64,000 nt of DNA, taken from the NCBI GenBank assembly GCA_016188385.1, contig JACPHV010000032.1:5174-69173 (forward strand), read 5' to 3'. The stretch comes from Candidatus Uhrbacteria bacterium. Its GTDB lineage: Bacteria; Patescibacteriota; Patescibacteriia; JACQRZ01. How positions within the stretch are numbered: position 1 is the stretch's first letter; each line of letters begins with the position of its first letter. The notes below the pieces were generated by a model. It did no database searches and was not told the origin of the DNA. It saw nothing but the letters and a program-made list of their open reading frames with translations. The position numbers were made by a program, and so were the translations under genes. Shown piece after piece: positions 8,802 to 18,731 of this stretch.

Positions 8802-10675
8802 AGCGGATCAATATCATGCATAAAGCCATTCGGAAGCGAACGGAGAGTCTTGAGAAGCTCATCCGGCAAAAGATGCGATGGATGATAACTCATCTCAACC
8901 GTTATGACAAGCTCTTTGACATCTCTATTCTTTCTTTTCACTGCTATCTCGTTGATAGATATGCGCGGGCTCGTTGATTTTTGTACAATTGCCTCAAGCC
9001 GCGATTTTACTTCAGCGAACATTTCTTTCGTTACTTGTGCCCTGGAGGATTGAAATACGCGGATAATTCTTACATACGGCGGCTGCTTGCACTCTTTGCG
9101 CGCGACAAGCTCGTCTCGCGCGAATGTTTCAAAATCCATCTTTGCCAGTGTTTGAATAAACCGTGAATGCGGACGGAATGATTGAATAACGATATCCGCC
9201 TCCAAAGAAGCGGCAAGGCTCATGCAAGCAGCCGATGCTTGCCATTGACGTTCACACGCTCGTACGTCTTCCATCGATAGTACGGGGTCAGCGGCAACGA
9301 ACGCGAGCAAGCCAAAAGGAGAATGTGTTTGAACAGTATCGAGAAAGGAATACGCAGTTCCAATGGTAATGGAAAAAACTTCCCGTGACTGTTTGTTCAA
9401 CTTTGATGCCTCTCCGACTGATGAACGCGGAAACTGTTTTTTTATATAGGAGATAATCTTTTCTCTGCCAATGCCAGGGAATTTGTATTCGGATCCTTTG
9501 CACTGCGGGCATACCGCAGGCAGCTGTTGTGAAACGGAACAGGCGGAACATTCAAGGCAGGCGGTAGTCTGTGAATATCTCGGAAGGCGATCGCATGATA
9601 CGCAAGGGAACAGATAGGAACAGCTCGCGCACATAACTAAGCGGCTGTAGCCGCTGCCACGTACTACGAGATACGTTTTTTTTTGTTCTCGAATCGTTTG
9701 TTCTATCCGCGCGATAAGATGGTCGCTGATAAATGAATAATTTTCATTTCTCAATTCGTCGGTGAGGTTTACGACTGACGCATGGATCTGCGCGGGAATT
9801 TCTTGGCTTAAAAAAAATTGATTTCGCTGATGCCATTCCTCGAGGCGAGGCGCCGTGCTCGAAAAGCAGATTTGTGCGTTTTCGATAGATGCTTTTGCAA
9901 CCGCGACGATGCGGCCATCCACGCGAGGGTTGGAGTCATATTGTTTATGCTCGATACGTTCGGAATCATGCATGATCACATATCCCAGTGATGAACACGG
10001 CGCAAACACAAGCATTCTCGTCCCGATGCCTACGAGCGCGGTTCCATCCCGAAGCGCTTGCGCGTTTTTGCGGAATGCGGGCTTTCCAAGAGCGCTATGC
10101 ACAATCGCGAGACGCTCTCGAGTAATGCTTTGTGATAATTCGCGCGCGAGCTGATACACACTCGCAATCGTTGGACATAGGATGAGCGTTTGCATTCCTG
10201 CGATCGTATATTCTTGTATCGTCCGCCGATAATATTCGATGCGCTCGTCGCGGGAAGGCGAGTACGACAACACGGGTTGGAGGTTATTCGATCGTTTGTA
10301 ATCCGATTCCGCAGAACGCAACGAGTGAACATGCTCATCTTTGGCAATCCCGTATGTTCCGTACAGAAAAGGCGCCATCTGCAGCGCAGCCGCGTTCGGA
10401 GAAACCGCGTACCACGACGAGAGCCATTTGATCAGTTGCAGATCTTGGTATGAAATCGCGCATTTCGGTGGCATTACTTGTGTAATAGGCTTGAGCGCGC
10501 GCTGATCGCTCTCATGTATGTAATATACAATTCCCATCGTCTTTCTGTTGCGCAGCAATACCTCAACGATACCGCCTTCGCGTATTGTATTCTCGGCATC
10601 CGAAGGAATTGAATAATCAAAACCCTCCAGATGGGAGGGAAGACGTGTCAGAGGGATGATATACGCAGCTTTCAT
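8798..10675 (-). CDS. priA: Primosomal protein N' (PriA) with degenerate helicase motifs
   Basis: N-terminal 3'-binding domain (FDYSIP...V.V.LRNRK..GIV), QTLILCPTI, IGTR, 4xCxxC zinc cluster, IVIQSF.P and PPYVRII; adjacent to def. Confidence 0.85.
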   Translation of the reverse strand: MKAAYIIPLTRLPSHLEGFDYSIPSDAENTIREGGIVEVLLRNRKTMGIVYYIHESDQRALKPITQVMPPKCAISYQDLQLIKWLSSWYAVSPNAAALQMAPFLYGTYGIAKDEHVHSLRSAESDYKRSNNLQPVLSYSPSRDERIEYYRRTIQEYTIAGMQTLILCPTIASVYQLARELSQSITRERLAIVHSALGKPAFRKNAQALRDGTALVGIGTRMLVFAPCSSLGYVIMHDSERIEHKQYDSNPRVDGRIVAVAKASIENAQICFSSTAPRLEEWHQRNQFFLSQEIPAQIHASVVNLTDELRNENYSFISDHLIARIEQTIREQKKTYLVVRGSGYSRLVMCASCSYLFPCVSCDRLPRYSQTTACLECSACSVSQQLPAVCPQCKGSEYKFPGIGREKIISYIKKQFPRSSVGEASKLNKQSREVFSITIGTAYSFLDTVQTHSPFGLLAFVAADPVLSMEDVRACERQWQASAACMSLAASLEADIVIQSFRPHSRFIQTLAKMDFETFARDELVARKECKQPPYVRIIRVFQSSRAQVTKEMFAEVKSRLEAIVQKSTSPRISINEIAVKRKNRDVKELVITVEMSYHPSHLLPDELLKTLRSLPNGFMHDIDPL

Positions 10676-10687
10676 TCCGTAATTACT

Positions 10688-11485
10688 TTATTCGAGGGAA
10701 TAATCCATGATGATATGCCCGACGCCGAACGGATTTTCATAAGATATGAATTTCGTCCGGTGTTGCATCGGCGTGATAATGCCCCAAAATAGGGCAAATG
10801 AAGGAAGTCCGCAGGCTCCGATTTCGTTGTAGCTTTCTGCCGGAAGATCTACCACCTTTTTTTCTCGTTTGCCCTTTATCCATTTTACGATTTGCTGTTC
10901 AAGCTCTACTCCTGTCGGATTGAATGGCAGAGGAGCATCGTGGGATAGGCAGTGTGCAAGGTCTCCTGACGCAAGACAGATGATTCGCTTTTCCGACTCT
11001 TGTAGTATTTTTTGGAACTGTTTACCATCCTCAAACAGAGCTGATAGTTGTTTTGTAGCAGGATGCACGACAAGTATTTTGCATCCGAGCCCTTTGGCTA
11101 GATATTCCAATGGTACTCCAACGCTGTATTCGAGCTTTTCGGAACCGGAATATGTGACCGCGATCCCTTCCTGAACCAGTTTGTCCTTGAGGCGGTCCGC
11201 CAAAATGGGATCAGGAGTGTACTCCGATCGCGCGGTAAGCTCGCCGAATTGTTCAAATGTCGCGCGATAGACAGGAGGGATATGAAATAGATATGAACTT
11301 TCATTGCGAGCCGTCTCATCGTGCGGGGCGATGACGATAAGAGTGTCGGGCTTGTATTCAAGTATTCTGCCGCGAATTTTTCCAAGGGCGGCAATGGTGC
11401 CATCCAGCTTGCCAACCGTCTTTTCTTTTACATGCGGGAGGAGTACGGGTGAATGCGGCACAATGCTTCCGTATACGAGCGTCAT
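10688..11485 (-). CDS. MEMO1/LigB-like (AmmeMemoRadiSam protein B) family protein
   Basis: VPHSPVL, VIAPH, ASGDLAHCL, CG and SYENPFGVGH motifs. Confidence 0.85.
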   Translation of the reverse strand: MTLVYGSIVPHSPVLLPHVKEKTVGKLDGTIAALGKIRGRILEYKPDTLIVIAPHDETARNESSYLFHIPPVYRATFEQFGELTARSEYTPDPILADRLKDKLVQEGIAVTYSGSEKLEYSVGVPLEYLAKGLGCKILVVHPATKQLSALFEDGKQFQKILQESEKRIICLASGDLAHCLSHDAPLPFNPTGVELEQQIVKWIKGKREKKVVDLPAESYNEIGACGLPSFALFWGIITPMQHRTKFISYENPFGVGHIIMDYSLE

Positions 11486-12918
11486 AGAGTTGCGTTTTTT
11501 CTTACTCCTAATACTGTCGTTGTCACCGGAGGCGTATATTCCTGATCGACAATGGTGCCAAGATCAACGGGGTTTCCTTCTTCATGCAAATCAAGCGTTC
11601 TGCCATTGGATCGTACGATCTGTCCCCATTGAAATCCAAGCGAGATAAATGCGTCCGCTGATAAGAATGGCCGCTTTTGCCCGTTTGAGATAATATAGAC
11701 CGTATGCGTCGCGGGGGTCGTGACGAGCGTGCCGTCATCGAATAGTACCGGAGCCCCATCAGGGAGTTTCTTCAACTCATGATCTTCCATGGGTGTAATG
11801 GAACGGTGTGCGAAATTCGCTTTGAGAACCGCTTTTTCCAGAATTGGCCTTTTTTTGCCGTTCTGCACATAGTATACCGCGCCTGTTCCGCGATGCTGTA
11901 TGAGATTTCCCATTGGATTGTCATCCGGCGCTTTGATATATCCGGCAAGAGGGATATCGATAAGATCGGCATCAGCGGCTTGTATGAGCTCTTCTGCTCG
12001 AAAACCGATTTTGCGAAAGATATCTTTCGATGCAATGCCATACCGTGTGTCATCGACATGGAGGAACACGGCGCCATTTGTTGCTTGCAACAGCGCATAC
12101 TGCGGGAATTTTACGGGAGCGCCCATGTCATAAGCATCAAGGGACGTTTGGTCTACATTCACAATGTTTTGTTCATCATACCTCGAGCGAAATACGCCGA
12201 TAGAGGAGAACAGGCGTCGTTTTCCGTTTTGAATGAGCCATACGTCAGGGTTGCTGGTTGATTTTACAATCATGCCGTCAGGAAATACTTTCGCGAAGTA
12301 TCGATTCCAGATTTTCCAAAAGCTGAAATTTCCGCGAAGATGAGGAGTGTAATTATAGAGCACTGCGGTTGCCCAATTGTTTGGAGTAATCGGATAGCCG
12401 TCAACCATCTGCATCTCGCCCGGATGAAAACGAAATTTCTGCGGTTCAAGCGTGTAATATTTTTTTCTCCACGCGGCTTTCTCAATTTGCGAGACGAATC
12501 CCTTATACGCGGCAACGATTGGGTCTGTTGCGGAGCATGAATCGCATCGAGCATACCCGGTTGCCCAATCAAAACTGTATTGACTCGGTTTTTTATTTTC
12601 GATAAGGCTTTGTTCCTTTTGAAGCAGTACGAGCAGTACTTTCGGGCTTATTCCGTGAGTCTTGGAGGCGCGCCAAATAATATCCGCAGCTCGTTTTGTG
12701 ACTCCGTCAATATCACGCGCAGTGTATGTCGCCAGCGCTGATTCTCGGCGTTCTAAAAATCGCTGGATGCTATCCGCGTCCATCGAGTTTGCATCAAAGA
12801 ATTCCTCATCAGAGAGAATCGCATTGGGTTGAAACGTAAGCGCAAAAGTCGTCTGCGCAGGAAGCAGAAACGAAAAAATGAGGATACCGATAATAATATG
12901 TCGTGCGATACGTTTCAT
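11482..12918 (-). CDS. Secreted protein: N-terminal putative lysozyme-like cell-wall hydrolase domain and C-terminal CPR-type repeats
   Basis: Signal peptide; ISPKVLLVLLQKEQSLI, WATGY and ATAVLYNYTPH; repeats of G..(I/L)...V(W/Y)(L/Y)I.NG.KR.F. Confidence 0.7.
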   Translation of the reverse strand: MKRIARHIIIGILIFSFLLPAQTTFALTFQPNAILSDEEFFDANSMDADSIQRFLERRESALATYTARDIDGVTKRAADIIWRASKTHGISPKVLLVLLQKEQSLIENKKPSQYSFDWATGYARCDSCSATDPIVAAYKGFVSQIEKAAWRKKYYTLEPQKFRFHPGEMQMVDGYPITPNNWATAVLYNYTPHLRGNFSFWKIWNRYFAKVFPDGMIVKSTSNPDVWLIQNGKRRLFSSIGVFRSRYDEQNIVNVDQTSLDAYDMGAPVKFPQYALLQATNGAVFLHVDDTRYGIASKDIFRKIGFRAEELIQAADADLIDIPLAGYIKAPDDNPMGNLIQHRGTGAVYYVQNGKKRPILEKAVLKANFAHRSITPMEDHELKKLPDGAPVLFDDGTLVTTPATHTVYIISNGQKRPFLSADAFISLGFQWGQIVRSNGRTLDLHEEGNPVDLGTIVDQEYTPPVTTTVLGVRKNATL

Positions 12919-12934
12919 TGTACGGGTAGTATTT

Positions 12935-12989
12935 GAGACTGGATTACATTGAATCGGACATGACCGGGAAGCTATGTTCCACCAGCCTC
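12935..12989 (-). mobile_element. MITE-like repeat, 55-bp internally deleted copy
   Basis: GAGACTGG...CCAGCCTC ends; contains the family motif ATTGAATCGGACATGACCGGGAAGCTAT. Confidence 0.65.
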
Positions 12990-13011
12990 AATTAAAACGC
13001 GGCTCACAAGC

Positions 13012-15657
13012 TTATACTGCTGATACAGCTTCGGATAGTTCTTGCGTTTGTATTCTGACATGTTCGCCGTCCGCGTCAATCGTTACGGTATCGCCCTCTT
13101 TGACAGATTTATTGATAAGCTGAAGCGAGAGCGGATTGAGAATAAGGCGCTGGATCGTACGTCGCAAGGGCCTTGCTCCATAGAGCTGGTCAAAACCGCG
13201 TTTTGCAAGCAGCTCGATTAACGACCGCGTAAACGCAATGGTTATCTCGCTTTGCGCGAGCCGTTGTTTCACTTGCTCAAGCTGGATGTCGATGATTTGG
13301 CAGATGTCGCTTTGCGATAGCGGGTGAAAGACAATGATTTCGCTGATGCGGTTTAAAAATTCCGGCTTAAAATGCTTCTTTAGCTGGTCATGGATCTTTT
13401 CCGACATCTCCTTTTCGTTGATAAGCGTCCGATCTTTGTCATCTTCCGAAAATCCGATACTGCCTTCTCGAATCATATCGCCACCCAGATTTGATGTCAT
13501 AATGATGATCGTATTTTTGAAATTCACCTTTCGTCCTTTGGCATCCGTCACGTTTCCGTCATCAAGGATTTGCAGAAGAGTGTTAAAAATCTCCGGATGG
13601 GCTTTCTCAATTTCATCAAACAATATGACACTGTAAGGTTTACGCCGCACTTTTTCCGTGAGTTGACCCCCTTCATCATACCCGACGTACCCCGGGGGAG
13701 AGCCGATCAAGCGAGAGACAGCGTGTTTTTCGCCGTATTCGCTCATATCAATTCTGACCAGCGCGTTTTCATCATTAAACATGAAACTCGCAAGACTCTT
13801 TGCAAGTTCAGTTTTTCCCACGCCCGTCGGGCCGATAAAAAGAAACGTTCCGATCGGCTGTCTTTCATCCGACAAGCCCGCGCGTGATCGACGCAATGCA
13901 TCCGCGACCGCCTGCACCGCTTCGTGCTGTCCGATCACTCGCTTCTGCAACACAGTTTCCGCTTTTTGCAATTTTTCCGCTTCGCTTTCCAAAATTTTTG
14001 ATGCCTGAATACCGGTCCAGCGCGCTATGACTCCGGCAATATCTTCTTCCGTCACCTCTTCTTTCAAGAATCGGTGTTTTTTTTGGAGGTTCGCAAGTTT
14101 CGAAGCTGTTTTTTTGAGCTCCTTTTCAAGCTCGGGTATTTTACCATAGCGGATTTCCGCTACGCGCGAGAGATCTACGCGGCGTTCCGCGATATCCGCT
14201 TCCTGCTTGAGGCGTTCAACCTGTTCTCGAATGGATCGAATCTGGGAGATCAATTCTTTTTCATTTTTCCAATCCATTTCCAATTTTCGCGCATCTTCCT
14301 GCAGCTCCGCTAATTCCTTTTCCAGCGCTTTAAGGCGAGCCTTTGATTTTTTGTCACCCTCTTTTTGCAGCGCCTGCTTTTCGATCTCAAGCGTAAGCAC
14401 GCGCCGTTTAAGATTATCAAGCTCTACCGGCTGGCTGTCGATCTGCAGACGTATCGCGCTTGTTGCTTCATCGATGAGGTCGATGGCCTTATCCGGAAGA
14501 AATCGATCAGAGATATAACGATGTGAAAGGTGCGCGGCAGCGACAATCGCCGCGTCAGTAATGCGCACTCCATGATGCACTTCGTACTTTTCTTTAATCC
14601 CGCGCAAGATCGCAATGGTGTTTTCCACGGTAGGTTCATTGACCAGGACAGGCTGGAATCGACGTTCGAACGCAGGGTCGCGTTCAATGTGTTTTTGGTA
14701 TTCTTTGAGCGTTGTTGCACCGATCGTTCGCAGCTCGCCTCGCGCCAATGCCGGTTTGAGCATATTGGAGGCGTCAATCGCTCCCTCGGCGCCACCCGCA
14801 CCGATCACGGTATGGAGTTCGTCGATGAATAGGATGATGTGTCCCGCTGACTGCGTGATTTCTTTAAGTACCGCTTTAAGGCGGTCTTCGAAATCGCCGC
14901 GGAATTTTGTGCCCGCTATGATCGATCCAAGGTCAAGCGACAGGATCTCTTTATCCTTAAGCGATTCAGGCACGTCACCGGACACTATGCGTTGCGCCAA
15001 CCCTTCTACGATTGCCGTCTTGCCGACACCGGCTTCGCCGATGAGTACCGGGTTATTTTTCGTCCTTCGTGAAAGCACTTGCATAACGCGCCGTATCTCC
15101 TCGTCGCGGCCGATGATCGGATCGAGTTTTTCTTGGCGCGCTTGATCCGTCAGATTAACAGCGTATTTGCTTAGCGCCTGATACTTGCTTTCCGGATCAG
15201 GGTCGGTGACGCGATGCGAGCCGCGAAGCTGCGCGAGGATTTTTAACACGATATCATAATTCACCTTGAATTCCGTCAGGACATCTTGTGCCATGGACGG
15301 AGTTTGAATCAATGAAAGGAAAAGGTGCTCGGTGCTGATATATTCATCACCGATTTTTTTTGCCTCTTTGCTCGCACTGTTGAGTACGAGCGCAAGTTCT
15401 TTTGAAATATAAATCTGACCAATTTGGCCGCCGGTAATACGCGGAAGGAATTGCAGCTCTTCCTCGACTCGCTGCTCAAGAAGATTTGCCGGTATTTCCA
15501 ATTTGTGCAGCAAACCCGACACTACGCTCTCCGGTTGGCGGATAAGCGACAAGAGTAAATGAAGAGGGGAGAGTTCCTGATGGTTGCGCTCGGCGGTGAG
15601 CATATGTGCCGCTTGGAGAGCTTCTTGCGCGCGAGTGGTGAAGTTATTATTGAGCAT
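13012..15657 (-). CDS. clpB: ATP-dependent chaperone ClpB
   Basis: Clp N repeats, two AAA+ modules ([17 protein letters not shown]) and a long coiled-coil middle domain; 881 aa. Confidence 0.97.
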   Translation of the reverse strand: MLNNNFTTRAQEALQAAHMLTAERNHQELSPLHLLLSLIRQPESVVSGLLHKLEIPANLLEQRVEEELQFLPRITGGQIGQIYISKELALVLNSASKEAKKIGDEYISTEHLFLSLIQTPSMAQDVLTEFKVNYDIVLKILAQLRGSHRVTDPDPESKYQALSKYAVNLTDQARQEKLDPIIGRDEEIRRVMQVLSRRTKNNPVLIGEAGVGKTAIVEGLAQRIVSGDVPESLKDKEILSLDLGSIIAGTKFRGDFEDRLKAVLKEITQSAGHIILFIDELHTVIGAGGAEGAIDASNMLKPALARGELRTIGATTLKEYQKHIERDPAFERRFQPVLVNEPTVENTIAILRGIKEKYEVHHGVRITDAAIVAAAHLSHRYISDRFLPDKAIDLIDEATSAIRLQIDSQPVELDNLKRRVLTLEIEKQALQKEGDKKSKARLKALEKELAELQEDARKLEMDWKNEKELISQIRSIREQVERLKQEADIAERRVDLSRVAEIRYGKIPELEKELKKTASKLANLQKKHRFLKEEVTEEDIAGVIARWTGIQASKILESEAEKLQKAETVLQKRVIGQHEAVQAVADALRRSRAGLSDERQPIGTFLFIGPTGVGKTELAKSLASFMFNDENALVRIDMSEYGEKHAVSRLIGSPPGYVGYDEGGQLTEKVRRKPYSVILFDEIEKAHPEIFNTLLQILDDGNVTDAKGRKVNFKNTIIIMTSNLGGDMIREGSIGFSEDDKDRTLINEKEMSEKIHDQLKKHFKPEFLNRISEIIVFHPLSQSDICQIIDIQLEQVKQRLAQSEITIAFTRSLIELLAKRGFDQLYGARPLRRTIQRLILNPLSLQLINKSVKEGDTVTIDADGEHVRIQTQELSEAVSAV

Positions 15658-15732
15658 ACGTTAAGGTGATATTACATACATAGTATAGCATAGTGAGTCC
15701 GATCTCGCGAGTACTTGCTACGTCTGATAATT

Positions 15733-15804
15733 GAGACCGTAGCAAAATATCAGGCGTTACGAGTCTTCCGACTCCTTTCTCGGGAAGCTATTTTTTACAG
15801 TTTC
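15733..15804 (-). mobile_element. MITE-like repeat, 72-bp deleted copy in the clpB leader
   Basis: GAGACCGTAGCAAAATATCAGGCGTTAC...CGGGAAGCTATTTTTTACAGTTTC matches both ends of the 15920-16090 element in reverse orientation. Confidence 0.75.
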
Positions 15805-15822
15805 AGTTTGTTTCTGTCTCAA

Positions 15823-15849
15823 TTGGCAATCCGGATCATTGATTGCTAA
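15823..15849. promoter_or_regulatory. CIRCE (HrcA operator), variant, upstream of clpB
   Basis: TTGGCAATC-N9-GATTGCTAA, compared with the consensus TTAGCACTC-N9-GAGTGCTAA. Confidence 0.85.
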
Positions 15850-15875
15850 CATACCTTATCCTGATTGAATGTCAA
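15848..15875 (-). promoter_or_regulatory. Putative clpB promoter abutting the CIRCE
   Basis: Minus strand TTGACA-16 nt-TATGTT running into the CIRCE. A second extended -10 (TGCTATACT) lies at 15682-15690. Confidence 0.55.
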
Positions 15876-15919
15876 GCCACGCGGAATTTCTTTTCAAATC
15901 AATCAATGTTGTCTAGAAT

Positions 15920-16090
15920 GAGACTATAGAAAAATAGCTTCCCGGTCATTTCCGATTCAATTTCGTTCCAAAAAGGATGATGGACGCGAAGGAATACTGG
16001 AGTATTCCGACAAGTTCAGCGCCTTTTGGGGATGAAATTGGGCGGAAAGGAGCCGGAAGAAAGTAACGTCTGATATTTTGCTACAGTCTC
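15920..16090 (+). mobile_element. MITE-like repeat, full-length 171-bp copy
   Basis: Terminal IRs GAGACTATAGAAAAATA / TATTTTGCTACAGTCTC; central palindrome GGAATACT-GG-AGTATTCC; closely similar to the reverse complement of 58846-59016. Confidence 0.85.
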
Positions 16091-16101
16091 ATACTACATC
16101 C

Positions 16102-16848
16102 ATGGATCACATACCTACTGTCACCATAGCAGGAGTGCGCGTAGATGATATTGAATTGGCGAGTCTTTATGATGTGCTCGAGAGCTGGCTGCAGGGTACC
16201 GGCAGAGTGCGTCATATCGTCACGGTGAATCCGGAATATATAATGGAAGCTCGGAAGAATAAGGCGTTCCGAAAGTGTCTCGAAAGATCCGCGCTTGCTC
16301 TTGCCGATGGGGTTGGAATCGTATACGCTGCTCGATATCTATACGGACAGAAGATTCAGCGCATCACCGGCGTGGACGCCGTTCTCACTCTTGCTGATCT
16401 TTGCGCGCGCGCAAGCAAAGGCATCTATCTTCTCGGCGCGGATACAGGAGTTGCGAAGCGAGCGGCCGACGAGCTGGAAAAAAGATTTCCGGGATTGCGC
16501 GTCTCCGGGTCCGAAGCGGGGCCGTTCAATCAGCCGGCGATTCTCGATCGAGATATATGTGAACGCATTACCACATCAGGAGCACATGTGTTGTTAGTGG
16601 CATTCGGTTCTCCAAAGCAGGACCTTTGGATCGCGCGTCACATGGATTTTTTGCCAGGTGTCAGGATCGCGATAGGCGTGGGCGGTACGTTTGACTACCT
16701 CGCGGGTGTGGTGCGGCGAGCGCCCGGCATCATCCGAACACTCGGATTTGAGTGGCTCTATCGGCTTATGCGACAACCGCACAGATGGCGCAGGATTTTT
16801 ACTGCCATCGCTCGTTTTCCCCTCACCGTTATTTTTTCTAAAAAATGA
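16102..16848 (+). CDS. WecB/TagA/CpsF family glycosyltransferase
   Basis: VTVNPE, ADGVG, RITGVD, FGSPKQDLWI, GVGGTFDY, RAP and GFEWLYRL motifs. The ATG at 16102 is preferred because the TTG at 16078 lies inside the MITE. Confidence 0.93.
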   Translation: MDHIPTVTIAGVRVDDIELASLYDVLESWLQGTGRVRHIVTVNPEYIMEARKNKAFRKCLERSALALADGVGIVYAARYLYGQKIQRITGVDAVLTLADLCARASKGIYLLGADTGVAKRAADELEKRFPGLRVSGSEAGPFNQPAILDRDICERITTSGAHVLLVAFGSPKQDLWIARHMDFLPGVRIAIGVGGTFDYLAGVVRRAPGIIRTLGFEWLYRLMRQPHRWRRIFTAIARFPLTVIFSKK

Positions 16849-17252
16849 TTCTTTTTATCGATACGGCCCTGCGTGATGCATCCCTCATCATCTTGAAGGA
16901 TGGAGAAGATGAGTATATTCGGAAATTAACATCTGTGAATGTCCATCAGCCTGATGCCTTGCGCGAGATCGATCGTGTGTTCAAAAAAGCGCAATCGAAT
17001 CCGAAACGGCTTACCGGTATCGCCGTCGTGGTTGGCCCCGGGCAATTTTCTTCCTTGCGTACCGGTATCGCGATTGCCAATGCGTTTGGGTACGCATTGC
17101 GGATCCCCGTGGTGGGCATAGCAAAGGAAGATGCGGGTACAAGAAGCGAGTTTATCGCGGCCGGGCGATCAAAATTAAGAAGAAAAAAAACATTTTTTCC
17201 CATAATGCCTGAATATGGAAAAGAACCAAACATTACATCTCCAAAAAAATGA
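16845..17252 (+). CDS. tsaB: tRNA t6A biosynthesis protein TsaB (short form)
   Basis: ILFIDTA and GPGQFSSLRTGIAIANAFG...PVVG motifs; C-terminal PEYGKEPNIT. Confidence 0.88.
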   Translation: MILFIDTALRDASLIILKDGEDEYIRKLTSVNVHQPDALREIDRVFKKAQSNPKRLTGIAVVVGPGQFSSLRTGIAIANAFGYALRIPVVGIAKEDAGTRSEFIAAGRSKLRRKKTFFPIMPEYGKEPNITSPKK

Positions 17253-18508
17253 AAGACTTATTTGACACTGCGAAATCATTCAATGTACACGCGCCACTCG
17301 CAGATCGCATGCGCCCGCAGACGCTGGATGATATTGTCGGACAAGAGCATATTCTCGGTGAGGGCAAGGTGCTGCGTTCGTTAATCGAGAATGACGCGTT
17401 GCATTCGATCATATTATGGGGTCCGCCTGGAGTCGGTAAAACTACGATTGCGTCTGTCATCGCGCGTGTCACCGGCGCGCGATTCGTTTCAATCAGCGCG
17501 GTGAACACTGGATTGAAGGAGGCGCGGGAAATAATCGAGAGAGCGCGCGATACGCTCAAGCTCAACAAGAAGCGCACCATTTTGTTTATTGATGAGATAC
17601 ATCGTTTTAATAAGGCGCAGCAAGATGCGTTTCTGCCCGCGGTGGAAAACGGGACAATAGTGTTAATCGGCGCTACTACAGAAAATCCATCGTTTGAAGT
17701 GAACTCCGCGCTTCTTTCCCGATCACGCGTGTTTGTGCTTGAAGCGCATACCATGAAGTCGCTTTCAAACATTATTGACCGCGCGTTGTCGGATGCCGAG
17801 AATGGTCTCGGCGCGCAATCTATCCAAATCAGCGAAGATGAGCGCGCCACGCTTACCGCGCTTGCCAATGGTGACGCGCGTTCGCTTCTCAACATTTTTG
17901 ATATTGCTGTGCAGATCACGCCTATGGTGGAAGGCTTCAAACGTATTACAAAGGAGATACTTGAGCAAGCCGCGCATACCAAGCTGTTGCGATATGACGC
18001 GAAAGGGGAGGAACACTACAATGTGATTTCAGCATTGATAAAAAGTATGCGCAATTCTGATCCTGATGCTGCTCTTTATTGGCTTGCGCGCATGATAGAC
18101 GCGGGCGAGGACCCGCTCTTTATCGCTCGCCGCATGGTGATTTTCGCGTCTGAAGATGTAGGCCTGGCAGACGCGCAGGCATTGACATTGGCCGTATCCG
18201 CATTTCAGGCAGTACATGCTATCGGCATGCCGGAAGGCCGTATTATTCTTGGTCATACCGCGGCATATCTTGCTCGGGCGGCAAAAAACAATTCGGCATA
18301 TCGCGGCATCGAATCTGCGCTCGCTGACGCGAAGGAGTACGGAAATCTTTCCGTTCCGTTGCATCTTCGCAATGCCGTTACGGGCTTGATGAAGGATCTT
18401 GGTTACGGCAAAGGGTATCAGTACGCGCATGATCATGAAGATGCCCAAACAGATATGCAATGCCTGCCTGACGAACTTGCTGGCAAGAAATATCTCAAGA
18501 ATGATTGA
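17249..18508 (+). CDS. rarA: Replication-associated recombination protein A (RarA/MgsA)
   Basis: PLADRMRP, WGPPGVGKTT, FIDEIHRFNKAQQD, GATTENPSF and VPLHLRNA motifs. Confidence 0.96.
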   Translation: MKDLFDTAKSFNVHAPLADRMRPQTLDDIVGQEHILGEGKVLRSLIENDALHSIILWGPPGVGKTTIASVIARVTGARFVSISAVNTGLKEAREIIERARDTLKLNKKRTILFIDEIHRFNKAQQDAFLPAVENGTIVLIGATTENPSFEVNSALLSRSRVFVLEAHTMKSLSNIIDRALSDAENGLGAQSIQISEDERATLTALANGDARSLLNIFDIAVQITPMVEGFKRITKEILEQAAHTKLLRYDAKGEEHYNVISALIKSMRNSDPDAALYWLARMIDAGEDPLFIARRMVIFASEDVGLADAQALTLAVSAFQAVHAIGMPEGRIILGHTAAYLARAAKNNSAYRGIESALADAKEYGNLSVPLHLRNAVTGLMKDLGYGKGYQYAHDHEDAQTDMQCLPDELAGKKYLKND

Positions 18509-18553
18509 TCTGAAACAAATTGACACCTTTCCGCACAAGCCCTGTTTCATAAT

Positions 18554-18649
18554 GAGACTGTAGAAAAATAGCTTCCCGGTCATATTTGATCTCAAACGGC
18601 GCCAAAATGAGCCGGAAGAAAGTATCGCCTGATATTTTTCTATAGTCTC
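18554..18649 (+). mobile_element. MITE-like repeat, 96-bp internally deleted copy
   Basis: GAGACTGTAGAAAAATAGCTTCCCGGTCAT...GAGCCGGAAGAAAGTATCGCCTGATATTTTTCTATAGTCTC. Confidence 0.85.
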
Positions 18650-18668
18650 AATATATGCGGATTGTTTC

Positions 18669-18713
18669 CTTAATATAAAGACCGTTCACGGTAGTGACGG
18701 TCTTTATATTAAG
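18669..18713. terminator. 17-bp inverted repeat, likely terminator
   Basis: CTTAATATAAAGACCGT...ACGGTCTTTATATTAAG. Confidence 0.6.
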
Positions 18714-18731
18714 TTATTCACAGAATAATGG

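Noticed and set aside
16078..16101. N-terminal extension of WecB from the TTG at 16078
   Set aside because: The TTG is inside the MITE terminal repeat; the ATG at 16102 matches the family start.
17233..17982. 249-aa antisense ORF, and similar ones inside clpB, dnaK, ribD, the ATPase and the S8 protease
   Set aside because: These lie fully antisense to well-conserved genes and show no motifs of their own; they are typical codon-bias shadows.
18029..18595. 188-aa minus-strand ORF beginning MRSNMTGKLFF
   Set aside because: It starts inside a MITE copy and runs antisense to rarA, so it is a repeat-derived shadow ORF.
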